Source: Phoronis australis
Lineage: Eukaryota > Animalia > Phoronida
Assembly: GCA_002633005.1 (NCBI GenBank)
Contig: NMRA01000442.1
Coordinates: forward strand, 183,074-247,073
Length of the DNA stretch: 64,000 nt
Reading direction: 5' to 3'
The position numbers and the translations under genes are program-made. Shown here one piece after another: positions 23,001 through 37,500 of the stretch (positions are counted from its first letter, which is position 1; each line of letters starts with the position of its first letter). The notes beneath the pieces were generated by a model that saw only the letters and a list, made by a program, of their open reading frames with translations, was not told where the DNA came from and did not search any database.

Positions 23001-26000
23001 GTGTGCTTTTAGGGTTGTTCATTTGTATCACAAAAATGGAAACTAGATGGCGCAAAAACATACAGTCCATACAAAAACAGGAACATGCCATATTTCATAA
23101 AAATCTGTCAAGGAACTTCAGAGAAACAAAGGAAAACAGAATAAAATGAAATTGCCACTAGCGGGCACAGTGCCCGTAGGATCCGCCTGAAAGTGGTCGC
23201 CGTCTGTTGTTATCTTCATATAAATACACTTACTAAATTTAGTAAAGATCCTGCAGTGGGTTTAAGAGATACCACTATGGGCGCAAAACAAAACTACCAC
23301 TAGGAGGCGCCACAGTAATCAGTGACCATCATCAAAGGTTGTCTTCAAACTGAGAACATATATGCCAATTTTCAAATGATTTGGTTGATACAGGAGTGGA
23401 CACCAAAAACAAGACCTGAAAACCAGAAAAAAATGGCCACTAGGTGGTGCAAAATACCTCGATTTCATCCAAAAACAGAAAGATAGCGTCATCACACCAA
23501 TAGATGCCTATATTTAAAATTTTATAAAAATCTGTTGAGGACCCTTGAAGATACAGAGTTAAATGTAAAAAACTAAAATTGACACTAGGGGGCACAGCAC
23601 TAGTCAGATCTGTCTGAAAGTTGTCGTCATCCGTAGTCAACATCACATAAATACACTTGCTAAATTAAGTAAAGATCTTGCGAAAAGTTTAGGAGATACA
23701 GCCATAGGCGTAAAAAAAAAAACTGGCACTAGGAGGCGCCACAGTAGTCGAAATTGACGAAAAATCACCGTCAACCGTCCTCTTTATAGTAAGCACATAC
23801 ATGTCAATTTTCACAATTACCCTTTGAGCGGTTTGGTTGACAGAGGGGTGGACGCAAAAAAACAAGACTCGAAAACAGTAAAAATGGCCACTAGGTGGCG
23901 CAAACTACGTCAAATCCATCCGAAAACGGGAGAATGGAGTCATCTCAATAATAGGTGCCTACATGCCAAATTTCATGAAAATCCGTTCAGAACTTTTGAA
24001 GATACAAAGGTAAGCGTAAAAAACTAAAATTGCCACTAAGGGGGCACACCGGTAGTCGGATCCGTCCGAAAGTTCGCTCATGCCGTCCCATTCATGAATG
24101 GAACATATATGCCACATTTCATGAACAAAGGGTTTTGGAGATAAAGCAGCGGACGGACGTCGCCCGGATGGACGGAAAGAGATGACGGCATAATGCGTCC
24201 AGATATAAATATGTGGGCGGATAAAAAAATTCTCAGCACAATAAAAACGTGCGGTAGAGGACAGAAACAAGTATAAGTTGAGTTAACAGGTCTGTTTTCA
24301 AAAAAAGCTGCCGAGAACCACCGTTTTCGCTGAATAACGGCAATCTCTGTTATTCAGTAAAATTGGTTCCTGGTAACCATTTTGAAGAGAGGGGCCTGTT
24401 TACTCCACTTTTACCCAGAAACATATGGGAAAAGGTCTTCACCGATGAACTTGGTGCACACGCCTCTCAGACACAGTCCCAAGCAGACCACACCCAAACT
24501 GCTAGCTCATCAAGATTACACACTGTCAGAAGGAATGTGACTACTGTAGTGTGGTTCTATTATGCAAGGTAAACAAAACCAAGCATGTGTTGGGTATGAT
24601 GCATTGAAACCTTCTGGCATGATGGTATAGAAATGCAACATATAATTTGCAAGTGAACTTAGTCGACCAATCAGAATGTGTGCCAAATACAAAATTTACC
24701 AATCAGGGAGAAGCTTGGGCTGAGATGTTTGCACATAACAAGAAAAGACAAAACAATAGGCCTTTTGCGAGCTTATAACAATAACGCGAGATTATTTGAG
24801 ACTTAACTGTGACGTCACGGGAAGTGGGGCAAAAGCTTGTCGTTTGGTCATTTCCCCAATACGGTAGCAGAGCGTATTCTGTTATTGTCTTCGAGTTTTT
24901 AGCCGTTTAGTTCGAAAAATGTCCAAAAGCATTGCTGTTATGACAAATGAACTTCAGATTCGCACTACAATACGGTCTATCGCGTTCTGTACTAATTTCG
25001 TCCCGTGTATTTTAAACGGGCGGTAGGCGAAATCCGCTCACTGGTAAAGTTTTCACCTCGTCGAAAATACATTCTACACCTATAATTAGCACCTAAAAGG
25101 CTCTTACTTTCTTCAGTGACTCTTTCTGCTTCTAAGCATACCTTCGATGAAGCATATATACGGGAATTCAGGTGACTTAGGCGAAGAATTCTAACTACAC
25201 TTTGTGGTTACTGTTAACTTTGTCCGCGTGCGCGATTACCACAATCAAGTAGTTCAACCGAGTCAGGTGAGTATGAGGCAAAGGCTAGCGCGAGACTGAG
25301 CGAAGCGCGAGATCTGGCGCGTGACCTGGCGCGTGACACTTGCAAAATAGCATGAGAAAATATCAAGTGAAATTTGTAAGATTTGTGTCCCTTGGACTTT
25401 TTGTTCGTCAACAGGCGTGATTTCACGTAACTTCCTCAAAATGGCAGCTCTTTAGTGAGAGAAACTCGAGAGAACCGCGAGGTTTTCATGAATATGCTCA
25501 AGTTATTTGTAGACTAAACTGTGTCCAGAGTCAGGGTATGTGTTAATTATAACTTCATGAGCACATATGAATGTTTCATTTGGTTTTATTTGCTGTATTT
25601 TGAAGTGAATATCTTTTTATGGGGATACACTATCGCCCCTGTATGCCTGCGCCATTCAGGCCTAAAGCGGGTTAAGTTCCAATTTCAGTCCGTTCACAGC
25701 TTCGCACAACATAACAAGGTCACATTTTCTTCGTCTATTCACAGTTATTCCACGACCCATCTACCATATCTTAAGTTGTTTTAACGTTTTAAGCGTAAAA
25801 TTCACCATAAGAACTCCAGTAAGTTTTAGCGTGTGTAGCAAAGACTCGGGGCAAAACAAGAGCAATATGGCGGGTTTTGCCCCCTTTCCGGTGACGTCAC
25901 AGTGACTAGTGAGAAACTCGCAAGTGAGCTATAGAGGCAGGTGACTAGGATTAAGTTAAGCTGTTACAGGTGTGAGGTTACAATAAGTTATCAGTGTCAC

Positions 26001-27404
26001 TAATACAAACATCTAACATAATTGGGTGTGTAACAAGTCAACTGAAATATATAGAAAACAAGGAAATGAAACGTAAGCAAATGTAATGAAGGCTACAGAA
26101 TGTTGTCTCCACTTGATAATAAATAACTTTACAACTTTAGAAGTATATATATATGTGTGTGTGTGTGTGTATGTACATGTACATATATTAGCCATTTTGA
26201 AGAGGGACCAGTTTATATACATGTATATATAGTAATTTTAAAGAGGGACCAGTTAACTCCTTACTGCTGATACTTGGTGATATGTGAAAGCGTAAAATAA
26301 ATAGTGTAGTCATAAAAACACAGTATTTAAACATCATAAAAATTGCACTCCAAATAAAAATAAGACAATGCAAAAATTCCCCTCTTCGTGAAGAACGCTA
26401 CAAAACCTCCTCTTTTAGAATGTACAGGTTACAGACACCTCAGGTGAGCGAGGGCCTTGAAATCTGAACCCTGCCCATGTGTTAGTTATGAGAATGACAC
26501 ACTTGGTCCAATATGACTTAGCAAAACTTACTTACCCAAACAACAGGTTCATCTACCTCAGCAGCTGATTGTTTCCATATGGGAACCTGTTGGTGAAATG
26601 AAACTTTGAATCACCCAATGATCAGCAGCCCCATCTGCCAACTTTACAACTGAAGAGCACACTGGACAAGAGGAGAGTGGCTGCAGTGAACACACCAAAC
26701 CACAGGTCCAAAGTTCACCCAACTAAAGTTACAGTTGGGTGAGTTGGGAGAAACTGACAAATGTCCAGTGGCAGTGCAACACTCAGCAAGCACCAGGGAC
26801 AAATGAACAATGCTGTTCAATGGATTAAAGGGAGGCTATTATAAGTGGGATAAGTTATTCAATAGGTAAACGGGCATCTATCTGTTGATAAGTTTATTCA
26901 ATAGGTCAAAGGGGGTATTAACTTGGAAACAGCAGAATATTCCAGGAATTTCCTGGGGAGCGCCATATTAAGGTCACGTGATTAATCCATTCGCCATTAC
27001 ATTCATGTTACACGAACACAGACAAAGATGTGGTACAGATATAAACAAGCCATCACAGCTGGTTTGCCCGCTTGTGTTATTTGGTAGCAGATCATCTGAT
27101 TTGATATCATTGATATTCCTGGTAAGTGCTGATTTCTTTATGTTGGTAGTTGGTTATTGTTTACAATCTAACCAACAATCAGCAACATCGATTGTTTACA
27201 ATCCCACTCCATTAGCTTACATACTTGATATTACTATTTTCCGAATCCTCTAATCATTGCGATACCAAAAATATATTACTCTTACCGATTAGTCTCTTCT
27301 TATAAGTGCAGTCAGTGTTTTTCTGAGGTGTTCATTCGCTAGCCTATCTCGAATAACCGCCATTATAAAAGTGCGTCATCTTTCGGCAGAAATGATAACT
27401 ACAA

Positions 27405-27438
<34 letters not shown>

Positions 27439-30400
27439 CTGTCGGGCAAACCATTGGTTCTCGCGGATATATTTCTGCTTGTGTTATGGCGGACGTGTGT
27501 CATCTCAGAGACAAATACTGTTTGAAAAAGTGGAAGTTAGGTAATAAGATAACAGATATCACTGGCAGGCTAAACTTCACAAACACAGAAACATTCTGCA
27601 TAGAACCAACTTCCATCTAGGTTAATAGTAAGTTATCAATCCTGCGAAAGGGTGACACACTTTTAATAAAAATGACTGCCTCACTACATCCGCGCTGCAA
27701 ATGAATGACATGGAAAAACTCTGTAGGCCTATTTATGAATAAGATGGAATCATTCGGTACAACAAATATGTAGGCCTATACATGCGCGCACCCAGCCTAA
27801 AGTATGGGGGGCTCGATTTTTTCAGTATGAAGATCTTTTACTGAATAAATGGGGAGTAAAAATAAAAAACGGGGTACTATGTTCAGATCTATGAATTGGG
27901 CATTCGCGCCGAATTCATGTGGGCGTTCGTCTAGTTTTCTCGGACTTTTCGTTTCTCTGAGGCGGACCTCTTTGCCCACTTCGCCAAATGGGGGGGGGGC
28001 TCTTTTGAGCCAACACCCCCCCGGGTGCGCGCATAATATATTTTTAAACAGCACATTTGACAGAAAATACTTGTAAAGTAGTTTATGTGTACAATTACAT
28101 GAATTAAACAATAAAATTAGAATTCTTGGACCAAGAGGGGGAATATGCGTGACTGATAATATACGGTGAAGTCGCCCGACACACAAAATTAATTCCAGTA
28201 GAACGAGTTCATTCTCGTTCACATATTGCAGGACAAGATTTTTGTGCTGTGCTCATACGATAGGCCTACAAAATGTGCCGTTTAGCTGTTGTGAGCTAAA
28301 TCTCTTAAAAATTTAGAAGTCGGCATGATGAATAAAGAACCGATTTGTGCGAGAAATAAATACATGTTTACATAAGGTGCGAAAGAGAAAAGGATTTTTA
28401 ATATGTACAGTTAAATTCAAGTCTGATGATCCCATTGTGTCACTCACACCTTGGGATGTGAATAATATTGAAGAAAGAATATTGGACTTGCCTTGCCGAC
28501 GCACAAAGTCAAAGGGCTTTTCGTCGACTATTAAGACTCGTCACAATACGTTTGCTTAAAATATGTATTTTCTTCTGAATTTTAACAAATTTTGGGTTAA
28601 ATGTAACCGTAATGGATGTGGGAACGAGTGCAATGAAAGTGATAAACAATGACAACAACAGAGTATATATCTAAATTTGTTACAAGTATCGGTGCATGGT
28701 CTGCTGTTTACAAAACGAAACACAAGTTAATTCTGAAAAATGTATTTTTCTGTATTAACTAAAAGCTCAGTTTCAACCTGAAAACCAAAGAACAATTACC
28801 CAAAATAAGATTACAAAGACAATCGTGATAACAAAACGAGAGGTTTCTCATCCACTCGTGATCGCCGGTTCGTAGCTCTGGTAGTCACCTGAACTGTTGA
28901 AGAAGCGAACCCGACTCAAGCTACTGTCGACATGTTTAGGCCTCCTGGGAACGACCGGAATTATATATTCTAGTTGGATCGGGATGTGTCGACTAGCACA
29001 GAACTGCGCGGCTGAAGACACGATCAACTCATAAAATGCACAGAGAACAGTGCGGTCTAGAAAGCGAATGCAATTTCGAATACTACAAAATAATTAAAAT
29101 CTTTCTCACCCACCCTTTGAAACGTCCAATGTTAACTCATCATTATGTGCAGACCAGCGATACACTAACGTCTCTTCATGCAATGGAGATGAACAAACAG
29201 ATATGCGTTTGCTTATGTATTTAACCACATTAACTGATGACAAACTAAACACGTGTGAAATCTGTATGTGGATGATAAGACCCATAACTGTTACTGCATT
29301 CAGATAACCTGGGTGAAAGATAACAGAGCCGTTTCTTCTGATCGTCACCAGTTTAGCGCCAACCCACGGTGGACACCAATTTCGCGCAGCTCTCCTTCAG
29401 TCACTGCTAATTGGTGTCCCCCCACCTCCCCCGTCAAGACGATGCGTTGACAAAATAGGCACCTGGTAAATCACGGCTGTTCGAAGATTCGACAAGTACC
29501 TGAAAAGAAAAACGACCACACTAAGACACCATGGAGTCACACAGGACGTAAAACAGACAATTCAAGAACCTATTTACTGTTTATATGCTTAATTTTCATG
29601 GGCTGCGCACCATAGGGGGCTGGGGGGGGGGGGGCTATAGCCCCCACTTTTTCAGTGCTACGCCGCACTTGGTCTATAGGCGGTGCACCACAGGGGGGTT
29701 CAGGGGCTTTAGCCCCACCACATTTTAGGTGCTGCGCCGCCCATGTTTTTCACTTCTTACTTAATATATACTGCCTCCCGTTCAGTAACGCTAGGACATC
29801 GCTAAAATGCAAGTCTTTGGAAGAGGTTACGTGAGATATTGCCGTGTATTTTAAATAAGAACACATGACTTTGACTAGGTTTTAGCTAGGTCCTAGCGTC
29901 TACTGAACGCACGCCAGAACTAATTGCAGTCCCACCGTTTCCATTTCATTACGTCATACATTCGACATAGTTACGGAAAATGGTTTTGATTGTTCCTCCT
30001 ACAGGCCTCTGTTGAAGGACGTCACACACTTCTGCTAAAGTTTCATTTTGTGTACAGAATGTTGAAGAATAACAGTCTACAAAAACTATTGTCTACTGTT
30101 GAAATGACTATCTGAAGAGAGGAAAAGGTAACAAAATAAAATATGGAAACACCAAACAAAAATCAAAACAACACTTACCTGTTGCAACAACGAACTACTG
30201 ACTTGCATGAACGGAATGTTAGTTGAACGACATGTTAGTTGAACGAAACTGCCTCGAATGAAATTTTCATGGTTTACAGAGGAGATCCACCGTAGACTTC
30301 CGTATACAAGTCCAGCAGAATATATATGCCCAGTTTGCATATCTTAGATTTTTTTCCCAAAAATATACCGGGGATGCATATCTGAGAATAAAAGTGCATG

Positions 30401-33400
30401 GTTGAAAATGTAAAACAGTGCTATTCTCACTAGGATATATTTAGGGCGAGCTGGACTATTTACACGTGCGTTCATTTATTCGGCATTGTGGAGTAAAGGC
30501 CCCGGGTGTATTGTTACGTCTGAGTGTATGTCTCCCGAACTTATATACGGAAATCGCTGGTAATACGATCTTCCCAAAATTATTAACCCTTGCTGTAGGT
30601 AGCGCATCACCTGGTGGTATATACATATAAAAACAGAACAATAATCATTAGCAGTGCAACAGTCATCTCTTTTGAATCAAACACAATGACACACACCTAC
30701 AAATGAAATGCTCCTAAGAAGCATGGTCTGTAGTTTAAGATCAAGCTTCTTTTTTGTCTCAAAACTATCAACTGATTGTGACATGGACAAGAACAAGAGG
30801 TCATGCGGTAGCGCGATGTGGAACTCCCGGTCATAAACACCGATGAGGTTCCAAGCCCGTTTCATAAGAACACAAGTCAGTAGCGCAACAACAAAAAAAA
30901 ATGCAGTCTTCGCTGTATTTCCCACTTTAATTTTCATCAGAGATTTTCGTTGAGCGGACTTGGTGGTTCTTTTCACAAAGCGCAAAACACAAGATAACGC
31001 AAGGCAGACTTGAGAAACAATAGAGTTACGGTCCTATCATCGTATCATCGTTAAGACAATGTAAAAATTACTTAGCCCGTTATACATATTCTCGGGTTCA
31101 AGTCTTATAGAGTAGTAATCATCCATTGAACACTTTCGCGGCATGACAGTTGCATCGATCCGAAATTAACATTTTCCTTGTCCGAAATTCGCGGAACAGA
31201 AATCCGATATTTATGACATAGTCCAACACTCGTCAACGGACTGTTAAAAACCAGTTTTTGAACCTTGTACGAATTTCGTGGACTATGGAAAACTCATTTC
31301 GATACTATTATTCCTGTCCTAAAATGGCGGACCGCCCTAAAATCGCGCGACTTCCCATACCATATTTTAAGGATTGAAATTGTTGTCTGAATCTTTTCAG
31401 GAAGGTTTACAAATACAGCTGTTCAACTTTCACCTCTACAAAACATTGCTTGAAATGTCCTCTGGTAATACCTGTGTTGTAATGGGATGTCACAACAACT
31501 GGCTGAAGTTGAAACGTTGGGATACAGAAATTTGTGATGAACACCATGGTCAAATGCACAAAGACTGTCCATGTTTAAAACCCTACAAGTTACACAGAAT
31601 GCCATCAGGTAAACAAAACAGTGAATTGAGATTACTGTGGCGGAAGTCCATTAACAGAGACAGGTTACCAAAGAATATCTTTGTTTGTTCCATTCATTTT
31701 GTGGATGGTAAGCCAACAGAAAGACATCCAGTGCCTCAGATACACATGGGGTATGGCAGGCAGGCAAAACCTGGTGGCAGGAGAGTTTTGAAGCACACTT
31801 TCACAAAATCAGCTCATACTGGTGAAGATAACCATGCACCTGTATCTGAAAACACCCATGTGGTCGGACATGTTGCATCTGAGCCCAGTGAGGCACCGCC
31901 AGATACTGGAGACAATGTGAACACCTCCGAAACAATTATGGATTTAGAATGTGACGATTCAAGCTTGGACCATAATTATAGTAAAGAATGGACACAGTGC
32001 CAAGAAAAATATACTCAAACACCAATATTGTGCACCAGTGAAATAGCAATACAGTGTGACATTGATATTTCAGATGATGGTCAGTTGGTAACTACTTGAT
32101 TGTCGGTGCTGGACTTGTGAAGTACTCAAACACCAATATTGTGCACCAGCGAAATAGCAATACAGTGTGCGACATTGACATCTCACATGATGGTCAGTGG
32201 ATAACTATTGGATTATCGGTGCTGGACTTGTGAATATACGTGGTGATCTGATCAGAGGTCAACATTTAGAAGCCAAGGACTAACTTAGAGGTCTTTGTAT
32301 TGCCCATTTCAGGTGGTAACATGTACTGTTTCCTGTGAGGAAAATTGGTACTGTATACAATTTGAGAAATTTCTGAAAGTAAAATATAGGCAACCCTGCA
32401 ACAGTTTGCTCAACCCATAACTTTCACTATGATAATAAAATTATTTTCAGTTCTGTACAAAACTAGTTTTGCTTTCTTAAGTCCAGTACAAAACACATTC
32501 ATTGCATTGATCTTTGACTACAAGGGTAGCAGCATAATTGTTGAACACAGCATCATATTTATTTGATGATACAAGTTCATGTAAGGTAAACCATCAAGTT
32601 GGAACTGAGCATTTTATTTCCAACAATGTATCCTCAGTCCTCACTTATACTTCTATCACAGCTTGCTGCTAAACAATTTTATAATGGGGAAACTGGAAGC
32701 CCAACCTGTAAAATAGCGAATGACTTGCCGAGGCAGTCCTATGCTTTTACTTCCTTCAAACTCCCATACTTTGTAAAATGGTTGCCTGTAAAACTAGGAT
32801 GGCAGTGTTCACGCAAAGTGTTCATGGTGTCGGTAGTTTCTTTCATAGGAAGTTTATGTGCAGCATTTCCAGTTATCCTGACCGGAGTCCTTCCACAAGT
32901 CAGAATCCAGTGCCCTCATTCATCCAAGGGTAAAGGTGCCTGTGCCTTCGGAGAGAGGAATTTTTGGAAGGAAGAGAAAATTTTACCTCCTGACCACCAT
33001 CAATAGCACCCCCACCCTGTTGCAAGCCCTCGTAGGCTCTGCCTCGAGTAGCCAAAACTACCATTTTGCGCTCATTCAAATTGTGACCTATGTGAGTTAC
33101 AAGTGATTTGAACCCCAAGAGGAAATTTTCAATCACTTAAGGGTATTTTTTGGGCCTCATTAGGAGAAAAATGCATTTTTTCAACATTTTCAGAGGGGAA
33201 TGGGGCCGATATTTGGCCATTGATTGAGGGAGTGAGGTTCCATGATACCTGTGTTTCTACTGTAATTGTTGGATAATGGGCTGCTACTGAATACTTTGTT
33301 CATTATGGTCCCTTTTAACCGAATTATGAAGACAAGCATGATTTGTTACAATGTCTAGCACTGGCATTATCACAGTCTTCAACAATATCTTGATAACTAT

Positions 33401-34484
33401 TGTATGAAGAGCTTTTGGCTTTATATTAAGCTTCAATCCCCTATTCCAATTTGTAGACATGTCAGTGCAGCTTGCGCCCATCATCCCCATTCTGACACTA
33501 TATTCAATTTTCAACAGGACAGCATCAATGTCGCTGCACGTCTTTCCTAAACCGGTCATACATTTGCAATATTTCACCATTATTCAATGCTTTTATGCAC
33601 ACTGAGTTGCACTCATAATTGTTGAAATGGTACAACATTACACTCAGTAATCACAGAGTCCTTGCCCAAATTATAGAGTAAAGCTTATCAATGCAGCCAC
33701 TTAGGAAGTACGGTAATTCAATGATCCCAGACAGTAAAAGTTTTTGATAGACTGATCATCAACTGCTTAGATTCTATCAAATATTAGTAAATTGTCATCA
33801 TACATTACATTCGGCCACTCACGAATATCGTCTTTCCACGATAAAATGTCCTTAAATTCCAATGTTGCAGATGACATTTTTTTCAATGGACCGTTTGATG
33901 TGGGTATCACCAGGACAGAAATGTTGTAATAAACAAACAACCAGTTCATGCCACATCACATATTTTATAAAACACAGAACTTCTATAATCCAGTAATGCA
34001 ACTTTGAAATGTTCACTAATATGCTGAACAGCTGTTCTGTTTTTGCTTCTGACATGCATACACTGGTAAATTTGTCTTCAATTCATTTGCCTTCATTTTG
34101 AGAAAAAAATAAAGTGTTTCGTCAGATTAACTTAAAACTTCGACAAATCAGTTTGCACACGGAGGAGTAAGCTCTGCTTCTACTGCAGGGCTTCAACTCC
34201 CACCCAATGTACTTGCCGTTTTTGAGTGGTTGGAAATGAACACAACGTAGCACTTCTGCAACGTGTCACAGTCAGATTCAGCGAAATGTTTGCAGAGCTT
34301 CCACACATTTTCTTCACTGTAAAATAAGAGAAAATGAGGCTAATTGAAAAGGTCTTCCTAAGGTAACGAGAATTTTAACATAAAAATAACATGGAACCAG
34401 AGGATAAGGCACAAATGCACATCAGAACTTGAAAAACGATAATAATACCACTCGGTGGTCTAAAATAACACGCACGCACACACG

Positions 34485-34520
<36 letters not shown>

Positions 34521-37500
34521 CACACACACAAGAAAGCCTTCAACTTAGTAAGTGAAGCATAAGTCACGCATTAGCCTATATGAAAAACATCTGCTTCAAA
34601 AGACTGGATTTAGACCACTTCCCGCCATAAAGCGGTTTCAACTTTATCCTTGCACAGATGAGAAAACAGTGATTTCTGAGCTTGGAACGAATTGGAAGTT
34701 CATTGAAGCTTATAGACCTTATTCACGCTGACGCCATTTTAAAAGTGAGCCTCTTTTTAGGTTCCAAAAAATTTGAGACGAATATTAGAGGCATGCGAAA
34801 AAATTCCACTCTGCACTGTGATTAAGCGCGGAACACATTGTTTTTAAAACTTAAAAAGAGGCTCACTTTCAATATGGCGACTGGCAATAAGGTGTATTGA
34901 GCCAGTACTAAAGTACAGCACTTCACTTATTCCGCACAAAAATAATTACAAAAACTGCCATTTTTCAAAAGCTGATTACCGTGCAACAAATCATGGGCTT
35001 ATGTCATCAATATTGTTTTATGACATCACAAGTAATCACGCTAACAGCTGGAGCGTTCCCACGTATTTCAGAATCCCAGAAATTCTGCAGGAATATTTTT
35101 TCAGAAATCATTTCCACTAACCCGCTGTGCCCCCAAGCTATCCAAAATCCCAACAGGTTCAGCAACCCCTATTCGCAGGCCTTGAAACTTTTCCTGAAAT
35201 TAATACCGCGAAAGTTGGTGGAACTCAGAATCACAGCAAACTCGTGTGCCAATACAAGTATTTTTTTAACAAAATTAACCTGAAAAATACTGGAATTATT
35301 ACCACCCATTTTCACATGGGAACAGCACCAGCATATTACAATTTTCTTAAATTCTTTTGCTGGAAAAATCCTACGAAATAAAACTTTACCTGGTGTCTGT
35401 ACTGGGTACTAAATAAGTGTCAGGAGCAATTAAGAAAATAGCAAGCCAATAAATCTCCTCTAATCTTCTAACACACCACAGCAACATACACAAAGCCACC
35501 AAAATGTGTTGAAAGAAAACTGAGAAAATTGCATTGGTTAGAATATTTTCCCAATGATTGCCATGCAGAGATCAACCATTTAAAATTCAATTCATTGGTG
35601 GTGACAAAGGCCATAAACTTGCCTCCTTGACAGGAGGAAATTATTCCAAGGGTACAAGTAACAGCAGCTAGGCAATAGACCATGGTGAACTCTTTGTCAT
35701 GAAGTTGATTGAAAATGATTATTACTCAGCATGCTTTTAGCAGGTGGTCCAGTAATAGTTCTTGCCTAAGAAATCATTTTATTGTGCCCACAATTCACTA
35801 AGAGTATGAGCAAGAGGAATTCCAGATTTCGCGGAGATGGTGATTCAAGTAATATTTTCTGGAAAAATTTTGTTGCCATGGCCATTGAAAAAGCAAGCAA
35901 CATTTTTTAAAATGCATTTTCACAAAACTGAAAAAACTACTGAAATTCATGAAATTAGGTCTTTTTGAAGACAAAAATTACACTTCATATTGTAAAAAAA
36001 TTCTCAACAAAATAAAAATGTTTATCTTAAATTATGACATGGTACTATGGCACTGCCTCTTCTCCAACCAATCAACCAATCATTACAGGGCAGCTGTTAG
36101 AAAGCATTTTGTTGCACACCCGTCATCTCCAGTGGAATGAGTGCTTGGTATAACAGCAAAGGTGTGGCCAGTGGAGCTCCAAATAACACAAAAAGTATAG
36201 AATAAAACTCATACAAGCCATACTCAAAAGTGAATAGTTTTTACTTGGCGAAATAAATTTCGCCAAGTATGTTGCTCTTCCACTAAGTTTGTTTTTTTTT
36301 GTTTTTTTTTTTGTTTGTTCGCACGATACAGGTCGCAATTTTCGTCCGATCATCACTAAATTTACACATAACACGTACTTCCGGAAGTACTGGAAGCCTA
36401 TTGTTTTTCGTCAAAATCGGATCCAAGATGGCGGCTGTGGCGGCCATTTTGTTTCCATTTAAAGGTTCAAATGCTTATGGAGGCTACAATTTTTTACGTA
36501 AAAGGCTAAGAATCGGCACAGTAAATAAACCGGAAGTTTGCTACAAGTATGCCGGAAATTGTTTACTTCCGGGTTAAGATGGCGGAAATATCGGCGATCG
36601 CGCATGCGCACCTCGATTTTGGCCTAAAAACGTTTTCTCCTGTAGAGGGCGCATTATCAGACCAATTCCTTCGAATTTTTACAGGTATTAGTTTCTTATG
36701 ACATGCTATTATACAAAACCGAAAAACCGGAAGTTGCTTTCAAGATGGCGGATCTGGCGCATGTTGACCCATTTTCAGTCGTGCTAGAGTGCGATTTTAA
36801 ACGGGAAGAGAAAAAGACGTGATTTTTTGCATGTGGATTCTTTGAAGTATGTTCTTTCAAATGGCCTGTAACAATTTTTTTCTCAGACTTACCGTTTTCG
36901 AGTTATTTGACTTTGAATTTCTTAAAAAAACGCAAAATTTCATTTTTTTCGAAAAATTTACGGAATTAGGCGATACCATCAGTTTAGATAGAATTTTTAA
37001 CGGGCTTTCAGAAGATGGTTTCCATTTTTCGCTAGGACGTCTACTTTTTGAGTTATTAGAGATTTTGTGATTACGCTGCTCCTTTGTTGAGCGCTCTTGC
37101 TGCATTCAGGTTGGTTTAGCTTCTATTGAACTAGACTGTAGCCTATTTCTTAATGATTTATGACATCTAAATTCGTCATATGAATGTTATGATGTTCTTC
37201 ATCATGGCCACCACCATCATCATATTCGTCATCTTCGTCATCATCTCCGACGTCGTCTTTTCTTCAGTTATTTTCGCCAAGTATCTCTCAAGACTGTAGC
37301 CTATTTCTTAGTGATTTCTGACCTCTACGTTCGTTATATGAATGATATCATAACTTGCATGGTCCATCATCGCCACCATCGTCGTCATAGCTGTCATCTT
37401 CGTCATCATCTCTGTCGTCGTCTTTTCTCGTCATCTATAACGTGGTTTTTTTGGTTAATTTCGCCAAGGTTCGCTCCTCAGAGCGCTTTCATCTTTTAAT

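Noticed and set aside
37311-37499. His/Arg-rich ORF
   Set aside because: It is the translation of (cat/cgt)n low-complexity duplicated sequence inside the HINE-like element.
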